Positions 57,463-64,000 of a DNA stretch of 64,000 bases are shown here, one piece after another. The translations under genes and the position numbers were made by a program. Each line of letters begins with the position of its first letter. Position 1 is the stretch's first letter. A model generated the notes under the pieces. The model did no database searches. It was not told the origin of the DNA and saw only the letters and a list, made by a program, of their open reading frames with translations. Source of the stretch: Savitreella phatthalungensis (lineage: Eukaryota); contig AP039697.1 of assembly GCA_051599415.1 (NCBI GenBank), forward strand, positions 248,001 through 312,000. The letters run 5' to 3'.

Positions 57463-57924
57463 TCACGAAGCGCCCACGCTGCCGAGCAAAGCTTCACTGC
57501 CATGAAACGCAAGATTTGCAGTGCTCGCAAGAGCGAGCACAAGTGGAACAGGCCTGAGAGACCGGCCGAGGTAGGAGAAGGTATATGCAAGTGACCATGC
57601 TGCTCGATGAGTTTTAGAACTTTTGGATCCCATGAATAATGCTAGAGCTTACCAGTCGAAGCGAGTGAAGCATCCTTGTGCTTACCTTCTGAAGCTATCT
57701 TGCCGGCGTAACCGAATGCAGCAGCATACAGTGCACCCATCAAAGGCGATGGGATCCCTCTTCGGCCGGAAGATAACAAGCTACCAGTAAGTACTGTGAT
57801 GCGAAGATGGTTAATGTTCAGTCCAAGTACTCCATCGGAAGGACAACCTACTGCCGCCAGCAAGACCATACTGTGGGTATTCTGATGACGTCCATCGCTG
57901 TTTTATTGCCGAAAGTGCTGTCAT
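57463..57924 (-). CDS. Aim19-like small membrane protein, 116 aa, 3 exons
   Basis: Exons 57924-57852, 57793-57653, 57599-57463; introns 57794-57851 (GTAGGT..TTAAC..CAG) and 57600-57652 (GTAAGC..CAG). The spliced product contains PSPLMGALYAAAFGYAG..EG..STAWSLAY..RPVPLVL..N..HG, matching the Aim19 pattern as I recall it. Confidence 0.8.
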
Positions 57925-58451
57925 CCTGAAAGCCGTGACCCGCTTCTACGCTGCAATGCTCTTGATCATCTGTTTCCACAGGCCCGCCCAAGCTATGACG
58001 TCGAGTGGATATCTATTTTCCAATCTCTACCTCGACTGACAGCCGGTGCATGATCTGACTTGACCAGAGAACGAAATGGGCGGTCTCAAAGCGCCACAAA
58101 GTGGCGTACTTTTGTAGCATTGATTTGGCATGTGATCTGGGGATCTGGCGCCCCTCCCTGTGAAGTTCAGCACAATTCAGCCAATTGACATGGTCCTGGT
58201 GGCCAAAGAAACAGGTGATCCGTTACCTGAGTGAGCAATCTATCTTCCACGCTTTATACACTAGGTCAGATCTATACTTTCATGGATTGTGTCAGATAGA
58301 TGGGCTCCTAAAAAGTCACCGTATTGTTTGGCATTGTGCTCAACTGCTTTTCCACGGCGTTGACGGGCACCAGACCAACGGCAACTGATTCTCGTCGCTG
58401 TGCATGACGAGCGAACGCGATCATGCTGACAGTAGCCTCATTCTTCTACAG

Positions 58452-59526
58452 TTTCCCTTCGCTACAGCACAGATTCACCACGTATCTAAGCTGACGCCAG
58501 GTTTTGTTCTCAGTCATGCGACAAACGTGAGCATTCATTCCGTCAATACAACAGGTATGGTGCAACTTGATTCTTTGCGAACGAAGCTGTTCGACCTGTC
58601 GAGGCCAATACCAGTATCTCTAGAAGTAGGCGAGCTATCGCCTACAGGGCTGCTACATGCGTCGCCAGAGACCATCGCTGGCCTTGCAGGCTTGATCTTC
58701 AGCGCCTTTACAGGATCCCCGGTGAGTGCTGCCAAATTCCTCGAAACTTGAGCGCGCAAACTGACGAAAGCAGGTTTGGCAAGAAACCGGATTCGCTTTC
58801 GTTCTCGACGAAGAGAACAATGCCATTGATTACCATCACAGACATATCAAAGGCACGTTGCGATGCATGGACGATTCGGCTAGCGCAAGCCGAGAAGGAT
58901 CGAGAGCTTTTCCCAATGGCTCTGTCGCACGAGTGCTTCACATCAACTTTGAGCTAGCGATCGAAGCGGGCCATGTCAACCAGGCGTCCGCGGCTGCTGC
59001 AGTGGATCTTATGCTTGCGGCAACGATCGAAGACGGGCTGAGCAAAGTACTTCCTTATGCATTCCATCAACACACACGCAGGGTGAGCTCGTTTCGATCG
59101 TCTAGATTTATACGTGCTAATGCCAGCTAGCGAATGGACAGTATGCTTCTTTACGATACATCAATCAAGGACAGCCTAGAGCGATTCGATAGACAAATGA
59201 TCGAGAACCACAGCGCGCCAAGATATCATGCCAATTGGTCTGACTCCGTGGAGAAGCTTGGAGCCAGATGCATGGCGGACATACAAAAGCGACGCATGCC
59301 AATCAATTCAGTCCGGATCCATCTCACATCAGAGGCTTTGAATCAGTCAGTGGTGATGAAAGAACGCTCGAGTGGCACCTCAAGGAAGCGGAGGAAAAAG
59401 TCCTTGCCAGCAAAGTCGATGGACTCGGTCATGACTTCAAACGATGGATGCAATTCCGCTTCTCCGGCCACAACGGAAGCATCTGAAGCATCTCGTATGA
59501 GCACAATTCGAGCTTTGATTGATTGA
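58452..59526 (+). CDS. Multi-exon hypothetical protein (at least 324 aa; 5' end unresolved)
   Basis: Introns 58722-58773 (GTGAGT..CTGAC..CAG) and 59083-59130 (GTGAGC..CTAAT..TAG) join three track ORFs in one frame. Confidence 0.65.
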
Positions 59527-59982
59527 TTCACCAACCAATTTCGTGAGTTGTCAGGCCACGTTGCGAGATTCTGTGCAGTACGAGTAGTTATGGTTGGGCG
59601 AAGCCGCTTTGCCGACGGCATGGTCAATTGGTGGCGTTTGTTCTCCAGGTCATGTGTTGCGACTTTCAATTTCTCCCGAATCCGTTGTAGGGTGTATCAG
59701 GTGCATTAAAATTTCGCTCACATATCGCTCGAATGCCAACCGGATCGTTGACCGTGCCGGTGTTTTAAATGATCGTAATCTCGTAACACTAATCCTCCTC
59801 GAAGGCAAGCAGACAACAATCGAAAGTCCCTGGTGACGAATACCAAATCATTGCAGTGGACGAGTCCTTTTCCATCTTCGTGCTTGCCAAGTGTGTCACT
59901 TGCGCAACCAATCGGACGGCCGCTGCTGAATAAGACAAACAGGACATCGGATCCTGCGCAGCCGTACATATCAACCGTCATC

Positions 59983-60520
59983 ATGTCTGGCCTATGTCTC
60001 TTGCGCTTGCAAGAAGAGCGCAAACAGTGGAGGCGCGATCATCCGTACGGCTTTTTCGCAAAGCCAGCGAAAAAGGCAGATGGCGGCATGGATCTAATGT
60101 TGTGGCACGTTGGCATCCCGGGCAAGCCAAAGACACCATGGGCAGGTGGTCTCTACAAACTACATCTCATCTTCCCCGAGGAGTATCCAGCGAAGCCTCC
60201 AAAATGTACGTCCATCGAACCCCGTCTCTGCAACACAAAAGTGATCATTTGTACTGACATCGCATATAGGCAAATTCGTTCCGCCGCTCTTTCACCCGAA
60301 CGTCTATCCGTCGGGCACTGTATGCTTATCGATTTTGAACGAGGAGAGTGATTGGAAGCCGACAATTACGGTGAAGCAGATCTTGTTGGGCATCCAAGAC
60401 CTTTTGAACGACCCCAACCCAAATTCTCCTGCGCAGTCGGAAGCTTTTAACTTGTATCGGACTGACAAGGACGCTTATGAGCGCAAGATTCTGAGTGTTG
60501 CCGCAAGCAACCCGCCTTAG
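59983..60520 (+). CDS. UBC9: SUMO-conjugating enzyme Ubc9/Hus5, 157 aa, 2 exons
   Basis: [14 protein letters not shown]; intron 60206-60269 restores [26 protein letters not shown]. Confidence 0.97.
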
Positions 60521-60640
60521 AACAAACGAGAACGAGGGCAATGCCCGGTTGACGAAGCATTCATTCAATCATACTCATAACTAATACCTGTCAACACTGG
60601 CAAACGCGCGTGACATTGACATCAACAATCGAGGCCCGAG

Positions 60641-62179
60641 TCATCTGCCCGGCGGCGGAGGGGGCGGTGGCGGCCGAGATGCGCCTGCTGGAGCCGTTGA
60701 ATACGCAAATGGAGGAGCAGGCCGGCCTGGTGGTGGAGGCGGTGGACGTGACGCGTTCTGTCCGTTTGCGTTCGAGGAAACTCTCGGTGGCGGCGGCGGA
60801 TACAACGCCGCACGCGACGATGTTCCTCCATTGAAGCCGGAAGCCGGTCCTAGCCCGGATGGCGGCGGTGGCGTCTGATAAGCACCAGCGTTTGTGCGTT
60901 CTATCGCAACTGGGGGCGGTGGCGGTGGCGGTGGCGATGCCTTGGCTGCAGTGGCCGGCACGAATCTGCTGCTCAAACCGCCTCCATAGCGGGTGTCGTG
61001 ATATTGATGTCCTTTTTGCGTAGCTGACGTGGTATTTGGCGATTGCGAAGTTTCATAACGTCGGGAACGACTACCGGGCGAGAATGAGCCGTCTCTATGA
61101 TCGCTATAGCCCCTGTCGCGATATCCGCTACCGCTTGAGCCGTTGTGCAGGGCTTCGCCCTGGCGCCATTCCTCGTACTTCTCTAGCACGGAGGTGATCA
61201 AGTCCTGAACCATACCAGTAGCACGTGATACCTCGGCTGGATCTGGGCCTGTAATGTGAAGGAACATGGGCTCCTCCGCCTCGCGCCCTGTCGACGTCTC
61301 TTCATAACCTGACCCGTGTCCCTTCAACTGAATCCTAGTCCTTGTTTCTGACTGAATATACTTGACGTTCTCGCCGCCAGAGCCAACAATGGCTGCACGA
61401 ACATGGAAGCCGCGAACTTGAGGGATGTCGACTGGCACTTTCTCTTCCGGCCATTTCGGTCGACCAAGTTCATCACGTTCAATGTCGTCCCGCCGCCGGA
61501 ATCTTCGCTCATCAACGAGTGGACCGAGTTCTGAATTAATCAATCTCTTCACCATACCAACGGCGGCTTCCATGCTCTTAGATGCCTCGGCCGCTATATG
61601 AAGGTACATGGGCGGATGTTGCTCAGTCGCCTGTGATTTGTCCGGATAGTACTTGCCGCGCACCTCGATGGTCGCACCAGTCTTGGATCGGATATCCTGA
61701 AGCGTGGCTTCCTTGAGGACGAGATACCGGTTCCGCAGATCGTTGACCTCAATATCTTTGAAGTAATGGCCATTTTCGTCAATAGGCTCATCTCGTGCTG
61801 CAACGGCAGCAGTGACAGCTGACAATCCTGAGTGTGTCGCCAGTGGAGGTGGTGGCGGTGGTGGTACCGGCGTAGAGAGCGGAGCAGTTGTTCGTACGGA
61901 GGTGCCTTTCGTGGCCTCTTGCGGCTTTTTCTTGGCCAGCAAGGCAGTCAACCTGGCAGCAGCCTCGGCTGCTTTCCGCTTCGCCGTGGCTGCTACATCC
62001 TCGTATGTGTCTGGAGCCTTCATCTGAGAGCTGCCAGATGCGGGAGACTCGTGCTCGGGAGCTGGACTTTGACTTCGTCGCTGGCGCTTGGCATCAGGTT
62101 GCTCAATTGTGAGGTCAGTATCAGCTTTAATTCGATCTTGTGCTGAGCCACCGGCATCGAATCGAGACCTGCGTGACAT
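60641..62179 (-). CDS. KH-domain RNA-binding protein (KHDC4/Blom7-like) with proline-rich tail
   Basis: KDIEVNDLRNRY, RGKYYPD, IVGSGGENVKYIQ (GxxG loop) and LKGHGSGY motifs; polyproline runs. Confidence 0.85.
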   Translation of the reverse strand: MSRRSRFDAGGSAQDRIKADTDLTIEQPDAKRQRRSQSPAPEHESPASGSSQMKAPDTYEDVAATAKRKAAEAAARLTALLAKKKPQEATKGTSVRTTAPLSTPVPPPPPPPLATHSGLSAVTAAVAARDEPIDENGHYFKDIEVNDLRNRYLVLKEATLQDIRSKTGATIEVRGKYYPDKSQATEQHPPMYLHIAAEASKSMEAAVGMVKRLINSELGPLVDERRFRRRDDIERDELGRPKWPEEKVPVDIPQVRGFHVRAAIVGSGGENVKYIQSETRTRIQLKGHGSGYEETSTGREAEEPMFLHITGPDPAEVSRATGMVQDLITSVLEKYEEWRQGEALHNGSSGSGYRDRGYSDHRDGSFSPGSRSRRYETSQSPNTTSATQKGHQYHDTRYGGGLSSRFVPATAAKASPPPPPPPPVAIERTNAGAYQTPPPPSGLGPASGFNGGTSSRAALYPPPPPRVSSNANGQNASRPPPPPPGRPAPPFAYSTAPAGASRPPPPPPPPGR

Positions 62180-62905
62180 TGGCAGCGCTTCGCAAGAGGC
62201 CTGTAGCTCTCTTTGCGCTGACGAGGCAGAACGTGATGCCGGTGACAGGGGAATGGCGTGTTTCTAAGGTGGAGTCATTGCGTTCGTGCATCCATCTATC
62301 CATCCGTATGCCCGAACATGCTCGCATGTGACTCTCGAGTCTTACAGACTTGTATGATATAAATTCAGTTAGTTGTGCATCCACCGAAAGCCTGAGTGAG
62401 ATTCTGAAGTCGATCATATCTAGGTCGATGCATGATTTACAGACTAATCGATTATGCAGGAAACTGAAGAACAGATCGAGCTAGACTAGATCACATGCGT
62501 CCTGACAAGTTTTCCCTGTCGAATCGTTGCCTATGGGCTAGCTATATAAAACTTGTTCATCTGATACAAAGAGCAGAGAACTATTTAAATGATACTGGCT
62601 ACTTCAAGATAAGTCTTCTCCACATATTTCATACAGTAAAATTAATTTTCGGATTTTCTTGCCAGAGCATTAGCTTTCCTTCAAGTCAAGCCTTTCTTGT
62701 CTGGTCTGTCGAGCTATTCCTACAATTCTTTTCTGAGCAATCAACTTTTCCTTTATTGGAATCGATCTTTGTGACAATTGTCAGTCAGTGTTGTCGACGG
62801 CAGCTGGACACGACACACCTTGGCCTGGTCCGGGAGATAACTCATCTGTCTTTGTCAGACCGCTGATAGCGTGCTTTACGCATAGGGGGACAAGTTTGCC
62901 GACCC

Positions 62906-63874
62906 ATGCACTTTACATCGGTTGCCTTGCGGACCACCGCCGGTGCTGCTCGGTCGCGAGCGCTGTATAGGTCGACGACAACTTGCCGTGCTAAGTCCAC
63001 CGCCACATCGGCTTTACAGTACAAGGCTTCTCATCGAGGCCGCGTGCAAGCGCTGCCTGAGATCGACCCGCCGTCATGGTCCGTTCCTCAGGCCATCTCA
63101 AACATCCTCTACACGACACCGGCACCGTCGAAGGAGCCGCCGAAGCGGCATGTTCTCAACTGCCTTGTGCAGAATGAGCCGGGAGTACTGTCTCGTGTGT
63201 CTGGAATTCTGGCTGCTCGAGGATTCAATATCGACTCGCTCGTCGTTTGCAACACGGAGGTGGAAGACCTTTCTCGAATGACAATGGTGCTTCGCGGACA
63301 GGACGGTGTCGTAGAACAGGCTCGGCGGCAGCTCGAGGACTTGGTCCCTGTCTGGGCGGTTCTAGACTACACGCGTACTCCGATCGTCGAGCGTGAGCTT
63401 CTCCTGGCAAAAGTGTCTCTCCTCGGGCCGGAACATTTCCATGAGCTCCTTGCCCACCACCGCGCAGAGCTAGGCGACGAGGACTCTAGCACTCTCGCAG
63501 CTCAGCAGGCAAACGACGAGGATAGCGCTGGGCTGGGGCACCAGCCGCAGCAGGAGGCCTACCACCCTGCAAGTTTGGCGCCGAGTGAGGCACTCAGACA
63601 AAAACACCAGCACCTCAAAGCCATTAGCGATCTTGCTGCCAACTTCCGTGGCCACGTTGTCGACATCTCCACCAACACATGCGTTGTCGAACTCTGCGCA
63701 AAGCCAGCACGGATCGACAATTTCATCACGCTTCTGAGGCCATTCGGCGTTTTGGAAGCCGCACGCTCAGGTATGATGGCTCTCCCGCGAACCCCTCTTG
63801 AACATGCAGCTCGGCCAGAAGTCGAAATGGACGAAGCAGAGATCGTTGATGTATCAACTCTTCCGCCTGGATGA
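62906..63874 (+). CDS. ILV6: Acetolactate synthase small regulatory subunit
   Basis: ACT domain HVLNCLVQNEPGVLSRVSG..RGFNIDSL; C-terminal LPPG; mitochondrial presequence. Confidence 0.97.
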   Translation: MHFTSVALRTTAGAARSRALYRSTTTCRAKSTATSALQYKASHRGRVQALPEIDPPSWSVPQAISNILYTTPAPSKEPPKRHVLNCLVQNEPGVLSRVSGILAARGFNIDSLVVCNTEVEDLSRMTMVLRGQDGVVEQARRQLEDLVPVWAVLDYTRTPIVERELLLAKVSLLGPEHFHELLAHHRAELGDEDSSTLAAQQANDEDSAGLGHQPQQEAYHPASLAPSEALRQKHQHLKAISDLAANFRGHVVDISTNTCVVELCAKPARIDNFITLLRPFGVLEAARSGMMALPRTPLEHAARPEVEMDEAEIVDVSTLPPG

Positions 63875-64000
63875 GGATCATGTAGCTTCCGAGACAATTC
63901 AGTTCTTGCCGGCAAGTCATTGGCTGCTTAGCCTAGGGCGGAATCATGAAGAGAGAGACAGTGAGCATTAATATATGGATACAAGGACATCATCGAATGA

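Noticed and set aside
1..64000. tRNA, rRNA, CRISPR arrays and transposons
   Set aside because: No cloverleaf, rRNA-like sequence, repeat-spacer array, LTR/TIR pair or transposase ORF was recognised by eye; a tRNAscan-SE/Infernal run would be needed to exclude small RNAs.

Overview
This is a gene-dense eukaryotic window from a fungus with a compact genome. I count about 33 protein-coding genes; most have no introns and the rest have short GT-AG introns (45-64 nt) with CTRAY-type branch points close to the acceptor. The Cdc2 sequence (EVNDxxNRSNCV insert, near-identity with fission-yeast Cdc2 as I recall it) points to Taphrinomycotina; this placement is an inference. Most genes are conserved housekeeping or signalling genes: a PUF RNA-binding protein, two deubiquitinases, CIT1, cdc2, ERG4, TRM9, ORC5, a WDR21/DCAF4-like protein, endosulfine Igo1, PTC5, an Ssp1/Sak1 kinase, a Bli-3-like protein, SLP2, NUR1, GUT2, a hybrid histidine kinase, Crz1, AIM6, Pnk1, YciI, Pcs60, PCT1, MetRS, Siw14, AIM19, UBC9, a KHDC4-like protein and ILV6. 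I rebuilt several spliced genes by hand that the ORF track misses or fragments, including AIM19 and Igo1. I found no tRNA, rRNA, CRISPR array or recognisable transposon. The most notable observations are a long, strongly base-paired intron in the endosulfine gene, an unannotated multi-exon orphan with a possible TopoVIB-like signature (speculative), a Ptc5 with both mitochondrial and peroxisomal signals, mutually exclusive hairpins upstream of UBP3, and an uncharacterised His-motif protein between YciI and oxalate-CoA ligase. No new biological system is demonstrated by the sequence alone.
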